Below, piece after piece: positions 18,477-27,644 of a stretch of DNA of 64,000 bases. The notes below the pieces were generated by a model. It worked only from the letters and a program-made list of their open reading frames with translations. It was not told where the DNA came from and did not search any database. The stretch is from positions 225,044-289,043 of the forward strand of contig JACPBB010000002.1 in assembly GCA_016180525.1 (NCBI GenBank), in the 5' to 3' direction. Each line of letters starts with the position of its first letter. The first letter of the stretch is position 1. The stretch comes from Parcubacteria group bacterium. GTDB taxonomy: Bacteria > Patescibacteriota > Minisyncoccia > Phycocordibacterales > UBA2135. The translations under genes and the position numbers were made by a program.

Positions 18477-19943
18477 ATGCTCAAAGGATTTCACTTCAAT
18501 ACATTTTGGCAATTTGTTTTTTTAGGCACGATTGTGTTTTTTATAATCGGCATCTTTCTTTCAAGCCTTGTCCGTCCAACGCTCGTGCATTTTGTGCTAC
18601 GACAGCAAGAGCTGACGACTGTCGTGTTTGCAAACAGGCTTGCCGCGGAACATTTATTTGCTGAAGATTTTAAAAAACCGGCAGATGAAAATTCTCGCGT
18701 GCGTTTTGAGGCATTTGTTGACGGCCTTCAAATTCCTGGATTGTTTCGGGTAAAATTTTGGAATCCAGATGGAGTTATCGTGTATTCTGATGAGCCACGT
18801 CTTATCGGACAAAAATTTTCTCTGACCGAAGGGCTACAAGGAGCGCTTGACCTTAAATCTGTCGCTGAAATTGAAAAATTCAAAGAAGGGGATCCGCATC
18901 ACGAGTACGAGACATCTTTTGTCGAAGGGCTTGAAATATATGCGCCCATTACCTTTGGCGCTTCGCCCAAAATTATCGGGATTTTTGAAGCATATGCCCG
19001 AACAGGATTCCTTAACGAACAAATTAATGAACTTCGTAATTTATTCATAGGACGAATTATTATTTCATTGACACTCATGTTTTTGGCACTCTCGTTTATT
19101 GTCTGGCGTGCATCCCGCACGGTAGCTCGTCAGGGAGTAAAGCTACAGGCATACGCGACTGGTCTTGAAAGAATGGTTGAAGACAGAACAAAAAAACTGA
19201 AGGAAGCATCGGAAAGCGAAATTAAAAAAGCGAAAGAATTGATAAAACTCAAAGACCAGTTTGTATTTGTTGCGGCTCATGAATTACGTACCCCCGCAAA
19301 CGCGATTAAATGGGGACTCGATGCCTTTAAGATGGATTCCCCGGATATTTTTGAAAAGAAAAAATCTTTTTTGGATATCATAAAAAATAGCAATGAACGA
19401 CTGTTGCGACTTGTAACCGACCTTCTTGAGGTTGCCCGCATTGAGGGAACAACAATTACCATTGACATAAACAAGGTTTCCATTCCCGAATCTCTCGGTG
19501 AGGCAATAAAAGAAACTGAAGGGATGGCAAAATCTAGTGGTGTTGGGGTTGTCAACAATATCCCAAAAGACATTTCTTATGTACTTGCTGATCCTGTGCG
19601 GCTTAAAGAGGTTTTTATAAATCTTCTGACAAATGCGATTAAATACAATAAGGAACGCGGAGTCATTACGATTTCTTCGGAACAAAAAGATAGTTTAGTT
19701 ATCATTCATGTGGCTGACGAAGGTATTGGCATTAGTTCGGAAGACCAAAAACACGTGTTTGAAAAATTCTGGCGTTCAGAATCAGTGCACGGCATTGAAG
19801 GCACGGGTCTCGGTCTTTTTATCGTAAAACAGCTTGTTGAACTGATGAACGGCGAAATCTGGTTTGAGTCTAAACCGCAACAGGGAACAGTGTTCTCTTT
19901 TTCACTCAAAAAATATTTAGGAGATAAAAGAAATAAGTCATAG
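18477..19943 (+). CDS. Sensor histidine kinase
   Basis: Two TM helices, H-box AHELRTP, N-box NLLTNAIKY, DEGIGI and GTGLGL. Confidence 0.95.
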   Translation: MLKGFHFNTFWQFVFLGTIVFFIIGIFLSSLVRPTLVHFVLRQQELTTVVFANRLAAEHLFAEDFKKPADENSRVRFEAFVDGLQIPGLFRVKFWNPDGVIVYSDEPRLIGQKFSLTEGLQGALDLKSVAEIEKFKEGDPHHEYETSFVEGLEIYAPITFGASPKIIGIFEAYARTGFLNEQINELRNLFIGRIIISLTLMFLALSFIVWRASRTVARQGVKLQAYATGLERMVEDRTKKLKEASESEIKKAKELIKLKDQFVFVAAHELRTPANAIKWGLDAFKMDSPDIFEKKKSFLDIIKNSNERLLRLVTDLLEVARIEGTTITIDINKVSIPESLGEAIKETEGMAKSSGVGVVNNIPKDISYVLADPVRLKEVFINLLTNAIKYNKERGVITISSEQKDSLVIIHVADEGIGISSEDQKHVFEKFWRSESVHGIEGTGLGLFIVKQLVELMNGEIWFESKPQQGTVFSFSLKKYLGDKRNKS

Positions 19944-19946
19944 TTT

Positions 19947-20498
19947 ATGCGCATGCCTATAGGCACAAAAAAATATTTCTTTGCTCTGTTGCTGGGAGCT
20001 TTGTTCATATTTTTTCCTCTTTTCGTAAGCGCGCATGTGGGACTTGGAATGTATGCGGGTACGCACGCGGTTGCGCTTGTGGTGGAGCCACATCATTCTC
20101 CGTTTGTCGGGGAAGACGTATTTTTCACGTTTTACATGAAAGACCTGCATGGCTATTTCCCGACAGAGCCGTTCATTACCTCTGTAATTATTCAAGAAAT
20201 AACAAAAGACAATGAAGAGCTCAATATCGTCGCGCTTGTTCCTGAGACCGTTAAGAGTGGCGTATATAAAACATCGTATCGATTTAAACAAGCGGGCCTT
20301 TACAGAATTGAATTTGGCTTTGGAAAGGCCGATGAGCCGGATGTTATACGAGATGCGGTATTTGAAATTGAAGTACGAGACCCGGGATACCCGATTTCCG
20401 CAAAGATGGCGCCCACGATTGTTCTTTTGGGGGTCATTATTTTTGTTTTAGGAATATTGACGGAGAAATATATACGCGATAGAAACGCTTTTGAGTAA
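19947..20498 (+). CDS. Exported/membrane protein (YtkA-like beta-sandwich) with N-terminal His after the signal peptide
   Basis: VSA-HVG cleavage site, GVY...Y.F.QAG.Y.I motif, C-terminal TM helix. Confidence 0.55.
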   Translation: MRMPIGTKKYFFALLLGALFIFFPLFVSAHVGLGMYAGTHAVALVVEPHHSPFVGEDVFFTFYMKDLHGYFPTEPFITSVIIQEITKDNEELNIVALVPETVKSGVYKTSYRFKQAGLYRIEFGFGKADEPDVIRDAVFEIEVRDPGYPISAKMAPTIVLLGVIIFVLGILTEKYIRDRNAFE

Positions 20499-20544
20499 CG
20501 CATACTGATTATGATAGTATAAAGAATATAGACATTGTTTTTTT

Positions 20545-20925
20545 ATGGAAACGCAAAGCAAAAAAATTCTCATCATTGAAGATGATAAAGATCTCGCTCA
20601 CTTTTTAGAAGAAGTTCTTAAAAAAGAGCGATACTCTGTTTTCGTGGCACACGACGGCAAAGAAGGTCTTGCAAAGGCGCTTGCGGAAAGTCCGGATCTT
20701 ATTTTTCTTGATGTGCAAATGCCCAAGATGAACGGTATAGCGTTTTTAAGGGAGTTGCGGAAAGACAAAAAGGGAGTTGCCATTCCTGTTATTGCGCTCT
20801 CTAATATTGACGACGCGACCACGGTGAGCGAACTTATGGTTGGGAATGTAAAAAATTTCTTTGTGAAGACAAATCTAAGTCTCCCGGATGTCATCGTAAA
20901 AGTAAAAGAGATACTGGGAAATTAA
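20545..20925 (+). CDS. Single-domain response regulator (receiver)
   Basis: ILIIEDD and PDLIFLDVQMPKMNG motifs. Confidence 0.92.
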   Translation: METQSKKILIIEDDKDLAHFLEEVLKKERYSVFVAHDGKEGLAKALAESPDLIFLDVQMPKMNGIAFLRELRKDKKGVAIPVIALSNIDDATTVSELMVGNVKNFFVKTNLSLPDVIVKVKEILGN

Positions 20926-20975
20926 ATGTAGTCATTGTTTTTGCGGCACTTCTGTACTACAATAAAAACATTCTT

Positions 20976-21365
20976 ATGGATACACAAAAGAAAAAAATTC
21001 TCATTGTTGATGATAACAAAGATTTACGAGGCGTTTTAGTAAATGCTCTCCATGCCGAAAATCTGACGGTTCTTGAGGCGGGAAATGGGGAAGAAGGCCT
21101 TGCTCTGGCGCTTGCCGAGCACCCCGACATGATACTTCTCGATATCGTTATGCCTAAAATGGACGGAGTTACGATGCTTCAGAAATTAAGAAAAGATAAG
21201 TGGGGGCGAGATGCCTGGGTCACCATGCTTACCAATTTAACTGATGCCGAAAAAGTTCACGCTGCCATGGAAGAGGGGGTATATGACTTTTTAGCAAAAA
21301 GTGATTGGGCGCTTGAAGATTTGTTGTCAAAAATACGTCTTAAATTGAATATTCCAACAGGCTAA
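20976..21365 (+). CDS. Single-domain response regulator (receiver)
   Basis: ILIVDDN and PDMILLDIVMPKMDG motifs. Confidence 0.92.
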   Translation: MDTQKKKILIVDDNKDLRGVLVNALHAENLTVLEAGNGEEGLALALAEHPDMILLDIVMPKMDGVTMLQKLRKDKWGRDAWVTMLTNLTDAEKVHAAMEEGVYDFLAKSDWALEDLLSKIRLKLNIPTG

Positions 21366-21439
21366 ATTAACGGCGCACGCACCTTTTATATTTTACACCA
21401 AAACTTGACTAATGAATTATTTTATAGTACAATAACCAT

Positions 21440-21739
21440 ATGTCAAAAGAAAGACCTAACCAAGCTAATCAAAATAAACATGAGCACGTTGCTGAAGGTG
21501 TAAAGCTTTCTCCCGAAGAAATTCAGCATCTTTTAAATAAGTATGGCGAGAGAGGACTTGAAGAGGATCCAGAACATTCTGAGTATTTAAAAATAAGAAA
21601 CACAAGGATTCAGAAGTTAAGCACAATTGGCAGGATTGGTGCAAAAAAAGGAGCTGATGGTCGTCTCATGGGCGGAAAACCAAAAAAAATCGAGCAGAGA
21701 ATAAGAGAGCTCCTTGGTCTTGAGGAAGAAAAATGGTAA
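21440..21739 (+). CDS. Hypothetical protein
   Basis: 99-aa ORF with TTGACT/TACAAT promoter immediately upstream and a terminator downstream. Confidence 0.6.
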   Translation: MSKERPNQANQNKHEHVAEGVKLSPEEIQHLLNKYGERGLEEDPEHSEYLKIRNTRIQKLSTIGRIGAKKGADGRLMGGKPKKIEQRIRELLGLEEEKW

Positions 21740-21798
21740 ATCACTCAAATTCATAATTCAAAACACCTCGTTTTAAACGAGGTGTTTTGAATTATATC

Positions 21799-22025
21799 CA
21801 CACTCCCCTGGATTCGAACCAGGGACCGCAGAGGTATATAAATATATAATTTCTTCGTTCGGTCGAAATATAATAATGTGCTTGTTGGTGTGCGCGCCAG
21901 GATTCGAACCTGGAACCGCAGAGGTATAAGCTCTGTGCTCTACCGTTGAGCTACGCGCACATTTTATATTTCTTCCTCTCTCGAAATTATAAGCTCTGTG
22001 CTCTAACCAACTGAGCTAGGGGTGG
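21799..22025 (-). other. Split tRNA-Ile(UAU)-like gene: 5' half at 21988-22025 and 3' half at 21799-21835, interrupted in the anticodon loop
   Basis: Joining CCACCCCTAGCTCAGTTGGTTAGAGCACAGAGCTTATA to CCTCTGCGGTCCCTGGTTCGAATCCAGGGGAGTGTG gives a cloverleaf with two acceptor-stem mismatches. Confidence 0.7.
21886..21960 (-). tRNA. tRNA-Ile(UAU)
   Basis: Full cloverleaf GTGCGCG...CGCGCAC-A-CCA; anticodon arm CAGAG-CTTATAC-CTCTG. Confidence 0.92.
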
Positions 22026-22084
22026 GTTCATTCATACAATACTATGTATTACTCATTTTTTCAATTCTCAAATATTTAAATTCA

Positions 22085-22124
22085 AAAAACATTCTAATAT
22101 TCTGGAGAATATTAGAATGTTTTT
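22085..22124. repeat. REP-like palindrome (core CTAATATTC-TGGA-GAATATTAG), copy 1
   Basis: 18-bp perfect stem; same core at 57923-57966. Confidence 0.75.
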
Positions 22125-22133
22125 ACCCTTAGT

Positions 22134-24284
22134 TTATTCAAAATGGATTTTTTCTCCTGTCTCGATCTGTTTAGCAATAAGCGGATATTTTTTAAATGTG
22201 GGATCTTTTGAGATGATATTTTGCGCTTCGGTGCGCGCCGCCTCAACCATTTTTATATTTTTGATTGCCTCCATGCCGATGTCAGAAATACCCCACTGCT
22301 TTCTTCCGGAGAGTTCTCCGGAGCCGCGCATTTCTAAATCAAGTTCCGCAAGTTCAAATCCGCTTTTTGCTTTTTGAATTGCCTTAAGTCGCTCAATTGA
22401 TTTTTTGCTTTTTGTATCCGCAAAAACATAACAATACGCTTGATGGTTGCTCCGCAATACCCGTCCGCGTAACTGATGTAGTTGCGCAAGCCCAAATCGC
22501 TCTGCGCCTTCAATCACAATCATAGTAGCATTTGGAACATTTACACCGACCTCAACAACCGAGGTTGCCACAAGAATATCTATGTTTCCATCGGAAAATT
22601 TTTTCATTATGTTTTCTTTTTCTGCGGGCCGTAACTTGCTGTGGAGAATTTCTATTTCATATTCCGGAAATACTTCTTGTTTCAGTCGTCTTGCTTCTGC
22701 TTTTACCGATTTTGTGTTGAGCGCAAGGAGTTTTTTGGGGTCTGGCTCATCAATTCTCGGACAGATGACATACAACTGCCGGCCTTCTTTGAGGCGCGTG
22801 GCAATTTCTTCATATGCTGCACCTCGTTTATCCGGAGAAATAATTTCCGTAATAATTGGCTTTCTGCCGACTGGCATTTCGTCAAGAAGCGTTAAGTCAA
22901 GATCTCCAAAAACAGTAAGTGCAAGCGTGCGGGGAATAGGGGTCGCAGTCATTGACAGCAAATGCGGTGCCGCGTACACCCCATCGTTTTTTTTGGATAA
23001 TTTGGCTCGCTGCATGGTGCCGAAGCGGTGTTGCTCGTCTATAATAATGAATGCCAAGTGTTTAAACGAAACAGTTTTTTGAATAAGGGCGTGTGTGCCG
23101 ATAAGAATTGGAATTTCTCCGTTTTTTACCCATTTTAAGAGCTGGGCTCGTGAAATATCCGTTGCACTTTTGGGATTTACTTTTGAGGGAAATTTTTTGC
23201 ATCCACTTCCCGTTATAAGACCGATCTGTATGGGCATATGTGAGAAATATTCCATAAAAGATTGAAAGTGTTGCTGTGCCAGAATTTCTGTCGGTGCCAT
23301 ATATGCTATCTGTAAATTTCCAAAATTTTGGCCTTTGGGTTGTGATGTTACGACTGCGTATGCGGTGATTGCCGCAACGGCAGTTTTTCCCGAACCCACG
23401 TCTCCTTCAAGAAGTCTTGACATCGGCTCGTCTTTTTCAAAGTCGGATAAGATTGTTTTAATAGCCGTCTCTTGTGAATTTGTGAGCGTAAAGGGGAATC
23501 TGTCAGAAAATGTTTTTATCTGTTCCCCATTAGATTCAATGGTATATGAGGCATTATTTTTATATTCATGCCGTATTTTTTGTCGTGACAGCTGAATAAA
23601 AAAAACCTCCTCAAACGCGAATCGTTTTCGCGCGGAGATACGATGCGACTCTTTCTGCGGATTATGAATCCATACCAAGGCTGTTTTTAATTGTGGAAGA
23701 TTATATTTTCCTAAAATATTTTTCGGAATTGAGTCTTTTATATCCTCATGCACCTTCTCACGCAACAATTTTTTGATTGCGTGATAAAACCACTTTGAAG
23801 TTATTCCGCGGCTTTCCGGATAGACGGGGTACATCATTGTTGTTCCGCCATCTAACGCGGTATTTTTTTTGCGTGAATGATATGAATGTTCAAATTCTGG
23901 ATTTGCGACATAGAGCTTTCCGTTTCTCTCTCCGATTTTTCCTGAAAACCGCAACTCTACTCCTATTTTTAATTTGTCCGCGATATATGGTTGGTGAAAC
24001 CATAATGCCTTAATTGCCCCAGTGTGATCTCTTATTTTCGCTTCGGTCATTATCATCCTTTTTCTGAATGCTCGGATTTTTTTAACGCTCTCTATCGTGC
24101 CGTGGAAAGTGGCAACGTCTCCCCTCTGGAGAAGGGAGATTAGTTTTTCGTCCGCAACTGATTCGTATCGTGAGGGAAAGTGATACAGTAGATCTATCAT
24201 TGTTACAATTCCCAATTTTTTAAGGGCCGCTTTTTGGTAGCGTGTAAGCCTAAAAATGTTTTCAAGCGCTGTACTCGGGTTCAT
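22134..24284 (-). CDS. recG: ATP-dependent DNA helicase RecG
   Basis: GDVGSGKT, DEQHRFG, MTATPIPRTL and QLHQLRGRV motifs; start reassigned to MNPSTAL. Confidence 0.96.
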   Translation of the reverse strand: MNPSTALENIFRLTRYQKAALKKLGIVTMIDLLYHFPSRYESVADEKLISLLQRGDVATFHGTIESVKKIRAFRKRMIMTEAKIRDHTGAIKALWFHQPYIADKLKIGVELRFSGKIGERNGKLYVANPEFEHSYHSRKKNTALDGGTTMMYPVYPESRGITSKWFYHAIKKLLREKVHEDIKDSIPKNILGKYNLPQLKTALVWIHNPQKESHRISARKRFAFEEVFFIQLSRQKIRHEYKNNASYTIESNGEQIKTFSDRFPFTLTNSQETAIKTILSDFEKDEPMSRLLEGDVGSGKTAVAAITAYAVVTSQPKGQNFGNLQIAYMAPTEILAQQHFQSFMEYFSHMPIQIGLITGSGCKKFPSKVNPKSATDISRAQLLKWVKNGEIPILIGTHALIQKTVSFKHLAFIIIDEQHRFGTMQRAKLSKKNDGVYAAPHLLSMTATPIPRTLALTVFGDLDLTLLDEMPVGRKPIITEIISPDKRGAAYEEIATRLKEGRQLYVICPRIDEPDPKKLLALNTKSVKAEARRLKQEVFPEYEIEILHSKLRPAEKENIMKKFSDGNIDILVATSVVEVGVNVPNATMIVIEGAERFGLAQLHQLRGRVLRSNHQAYCYVFADTKSKKSIERLKAIQKAKSGFELAELDLEMRGSGELSGRKQWGISDIGMEAIKNIKMVEAARTEAQNIISKDPTFKKYPLIAKQIETGEKIHFE

Positions 24285-24400
24285 TTCTAAAGCATATCTT
24301 TTTGGGACTTTTTTGGGAAGTTTACATTTGCTAGTAAGCGCCTTGTCAAAATTCATGCAAAGCATATACTTTCTCATAGAATACAAACAAAAGGAATCTC

Positions 24401-24682
24401 ATGAGTTTCCGTACCCAGCTTAAAGTCTTTGGGATAATGGCATTTGTTGTCGTCGTTGCGCTCTTTGCGTGTGAACGTAGCCTTCCGATTAAAGGAGAAC
24501 AATTTGAAGCACTTAGATCTTTGTGTGAATCTCATGGAGGCATTGATCGCGTGGTCTATAATCTTGATGCGGATGCAGAGACATTTGGCCTTACAACTCT
24601 ACCCGTACCCAAAAGGGTTGTTTGTAAAGATAAAAGTACACGCTTTGTTCCAAGAAGCATCCAAAAAATGAGCAATAAGTAG
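24401..24682 (+). CDS. Small exported/lipoprotein-like hypothetical protein
   Basis: Hydrophobic N-terminus ending LFAC; two further Cys. Confidence 0.55.
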   Translation: MSFRTQLKVFGIMAFVVVVALFACERSLPIKGEQFEALRSLCESHGGIDRVVYNLDADAETFGLTTLPVPKRVVCKDKSTRFVPRSIQKMSNK

Positions 24683-24721
24683 AATGTGTTCAAAAACACC
24701 CCGATGTTTCGGGGCGTTTTT

Positions 24722-25072
24722 TTAATTTTCGTTAGGTTTGTGGATAATCGCAAGGGCGACTGCCATTGCAAGAATTGAAAGGTCGCGGAAGACAACATCC
24801 ATCTGTGACAAGTTAAAGACAACGATGAGAAAGAGGAGTATTGCGGAAACTACACTCGGGTAAAATGCCCGCTTTCCCGAGAGAAGCCAGATGGCAATTA
24901 TAATTTCTAATACTCCGAATGAATGGAGCAAAAATGCGTCATTTGGAATAAGTGCGTGCGCAAATTGCGGGAAATAGCCAATCCACGCAAATGGGTTAAA
25001 AAACGCCGATATCGCCGGATAGAGAAATGCAAACGCAAGTCCAATACGAAGAATGAGAGAAATGTGTTTCAT
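24722..25072 (-). CDS. DoxX-family membrane protein
   Basis: LRIGLAFAF, GVLEIII..WLL.G and FRDL motifs; four TM helices. Confidence 0.75.
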   Translation of the reverse strand: MKHISLILRIGLAFAFLYPAISAFFNPFAWIGYFPQFAHALIPNDAFLLHSFGVLEIIIAIWLLSGKRAFYPSVVSAILLFLIVVFNLSQMDVVFRDLSILAMAVALAIIHKPNEN

Positions 25073-25152
25073 GATACTAGGCTTTAGGCTCTAGGCCTTA
25101 GGCTTTAGGAAATTTAATGTCCCTAGAGCCTAGTGCCTAACGCCTAGCGCCT
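25073..25152 (-). repeat. Heptamer-repeat hairpin (TAGGCNN)n...(CTAAAGC)n-CTAGTATC abutting the start codon
   Basis: Same family as 32848-32917, 36395-36465 and 55225-55276. Confidence 0.85.
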
Positions 25153-25163
25153 GAAGAATTTAT

Positions 25164-25640
25164 TTATTTAACAGTAATTGTTCCTCGGTGATTTGCCTGT
25201 ATGTGGTTGTGATAGTTCCACGAGCCGACCTCGGTAAATGCAAAACTCCATGAAGACCCCGGCGCGGTAACGGCGCAGGCATCAAACGAAGAACCGAGAC
25301 AGTCGCTCGATGATTTTTTGGGATAGAGCGAGTGTGTTGGGTGAATAGCCGAGGCAACCCACAGAGAAAGCTCACTCTCATTTTTAAACATCACCGTTTC
25401 TCCTGCCTTTATTTCAACAGTTTCAGGGCTGAAACCGTCTTTCGTGTAGGTGACGACTGTGGCAGATATTTTTTCCCCTGCTTTGTTGAGAGTAGAGGGC
25501 AGAGGAGTATTTGAGACCTCCTGTTTTACCTCTTGCATTGAGTTTGTTTCTGGCGCCGCGGCTTTTTTATTAAAGAAAAAAAGACCACCAACAACGACGA
25601 GAAGCACGAGCACAATTCCTAAAATAACTTTAGACTGCAT
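25164..25640 (-). CDS. Membrane-anchored cupredoxin-like protein
   Basis: GFSPETVEIKAGETV.F.N...WVASAIHPTH..YP...W.YHNH. Confidence 0.75.
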   Translation of the reverse strand: MQSKVILGIVLVLLVVVGGLFFFNKKAAAPETNSMQEVKQEVSNTPLPSTLNKAGEKISATVVTYTKDGFSPETVEIKAGETVMFKNESELSLWVASAIHPTHSLYPKKSSSDCLGSSFDACAVTAPGSSWSFAFTEVGSWNYHNHIQANHRGTITVK

Positions 25641-25760
25641 ATTTTACTGTTGTAATGATTAACTGCTAATTTGTTTTAGTATACAGTATTTGCCAATTCT
25701 TTCAAGGGGTTATATTAAAAAACAGTAAAGCAAAAACTCTGGTACGATGCCCAGAGTTTT

Positions 25761-26012
25761 CTATAGCGTTTTGAGCCCTGCTACGCGATGGTTTCTTCGC
25801 ACATCAATAACGATTGAAGCAAGTTTTTTAAATCCCAGGATCATAGCCTCTTCCCTGCCGTCGTCAACTAAAACCCAATAGAGTAATCCGTCTTGAGTCT
25901 GAATGAATTCTTTAACGCGGAGCTCAAAAAATTTTTCTATCACATCCCGCGCCTCAGTAGTCGACACTCGTTTTGCAAATCTTACGATGATTTCCCCAGG
26001 AATGTATTGCAT
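25761..26012 (-). CDS. Small hypothetical protein resembling a subtilase pro-domain
   Basis: MQYIPGEIIVRF N-terminal motif; start uncertain. Confidence 0.45.
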   Translation of the reverse strand: MQYIPGEIIVRFAKRVSTTEARDVIEKFFELRVKEFIQTQDGLLYWVLVDDGREEAMILGFKKLASIVIDVRRNHRVAGLKTL

Positions 26013-26081
26013 TAATAGAATTTCCCACTTTTCTATTATTAGACTATCACAAAACAAAAATCCTGCCAGAAAGGCAGGATG

Positions 26082-26825
26082 CTAACAAATTTCGTCATTG
26101 AGATCAAAGAACAATTTATCGGTTTTAATACGACATGATGTTCGTCGCAATATTTTACCAATGACACATCTGAACATTCGTGTCTTCTTCCTGTGTTTTC
26201 TCATTGCGTATCTCTGCTGCGCTCGAGCCGCAGAGCGCGTGGGGGTAACCCACAGGCCACCTTCACAAGGTCCACGTGACACTGGCTCCCGTGGAATATT
26301 CCACTCGTTTGGCATGTATGTAATCTCTCGGGCACCCATAAGCCCAAGCGAGGAGAGATTTTCTCCGAGCACCTTATATGCAATGCCGGGTATTTTTTGT
26401 TTGTCCAGATTTTTTAATATATCAGCAGTGGGCGACCATAGCCCGAGTTTTCCATCGCAAAAGATTGGCTTTTCAAAAAGCACCGGGTTCTCAAACGACC
26501 ACATGTACGTATCGTTTCCATAGCATCGCTTTCCCCATTCAAGATGTTTCTGTCGGTGCGCGTGCCACTCTTTTTCATTTTCAATTCGGATTACGTCTTT
26601 CAGCATGACAAACCCTAAAATTGCTCCTGTGTCTTCTTTTTGGACATCTATCTTAAAATGCTCGGCGGCCATTTTGTTTATTTTTGAACCTGCGTGAATT
26701 AAGAGCGGCCCGCGGTACTTTGTGTTCCATTTTCGTATCTCCGCGCTACGGATGAGTCCATGGCTTTTTACAAATGAGCCGACAATAAGTCCCGCCCACG
26801 GCTCCTGTATAGTCAGAGCTTTCAT
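26082..26825 (-). CDS. ASCH domain protein with C-terminal extension
   Basis: MKALTIQEPWAGLI, EIRKW.T.YRGPLLIHA and G.LGLW motifs. Confidence 0.8.
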   Translation of the reverse strand: MKALTIQEPWAGLIVGSFVKSHGLIRSAEIRKWNTKYRGPLLIHAGSKINKMAAEHFKIDVQKEDTGAILGFVMLKDVIRIENEKEWHAHRQKHLEWGKRCYGNDTYMWSFENPVLFEKPIFCDGKLGLWSPTADILKNLDKQKIPGIAYKVLGENLSSLGLMGAREITYMPNEWNIPREPVSRGPCEGGLWVTPTRSAARAQQRYAMRKHRKKTRMFRCVIGKILRRTSCRIKTDKLFFDLNDEIC

Positions 26826-26913
26826 TTCGGAGCCTTTTTGTTTGTTGTTCTGTCCAACAGGGTATCACAATATTCAGATTTTAAAAAACCCGCATAGTGT
26901 GTTATGCGGGTCG

Positions 26914-27534
26914 CTAATTTTTCGTTCTCCACTCGTAATATCCGGCTACAAGGAGAATAATTCCTATCATGATAAGCGCGCGAATAGTGTAGGCGACAGG
27001 AAGAATATTTCCTTCAATATATGTATTGTATGCGGGAATTAAGGAAAACAGAGCCGCTAAAAAAAGAATACCCCATGCAGCCAAAGGCTCTGTGTTTCTT
27101 TTTTCTTTAAACATATTGTGGAGCGTCGGGAAATATCCGCACACAATAAGAAATTGGGTAAACCAATTTGATGTCCACGCGTCACCAGAGGCAATTCCGT
27201 AAAGCACAATAATTCCGGCACCGAGAAGATAATATTTTTGCCACCAGAATGTTTTTTGAAGCATCTCACGGCTACCCCACAGAAATATAGCGGCTACAAC
27301 GAACAGTATGGAAACAAAATCGGCGGCGTTAAAGATATTCGTCTCAAAATCTTTTTTCTCGGCAATCACATATGTGGCAAGGCTTAATCCAGTCGCGAAA
27401 GCCCAGATGAGCCAGGAAGAAAGTGCCGGCTTTGCTTTTTTTGTGTAAATCAATCTTCCGTATACGAACGTAAAGAGCACCATCAATATTTCCACAAACC
27501 ACACGGCAACCTCATGCAAGGGCGTGGAAGACAT
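26914..27534 (-). CDS. Multi-pass membrane protein (PQ-loop-like)
   Basis: About 7 TM helices; KP...SW.IW and PT......TEP..AW motifs. Confidence 0.6.
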   Translation of the reverse strand: MSSTPLHEVAVWFVEILMVLFTFVYGRLIYTKKAKPALSSWLIWAFATGLSLATYVIAEKKDFETNIFNAADFVSILFVVAAIFLWGSREMLQKTFWWQKYYLLGAGIIVLYGIASGDAWTSNWFTQFLIVCGYFPTLHNMFKEKRNTEPLAAWGILFLAALFSLIPAYNTYIEGNILPVAYTIRALIMIGIILLVAGYYEWRTKN

Positions 27535-27644
27535 ATTGTTGCTATTCGTGTTTGTGTTCTTGTTTATTTTTAATACAGATTATGTTCACAATCAAGGTTT
27601 TATATTACAATTGTAAAAGAAATTAAGCACAAGGGCAGGGCGCT

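Noticed and set aside
21836-21987. Group I intron in tRNA-Ile
   Set aside because: The insert is only ~150 nt, half of it is a tRNA, and no P/Q/R/S core is recognisable.
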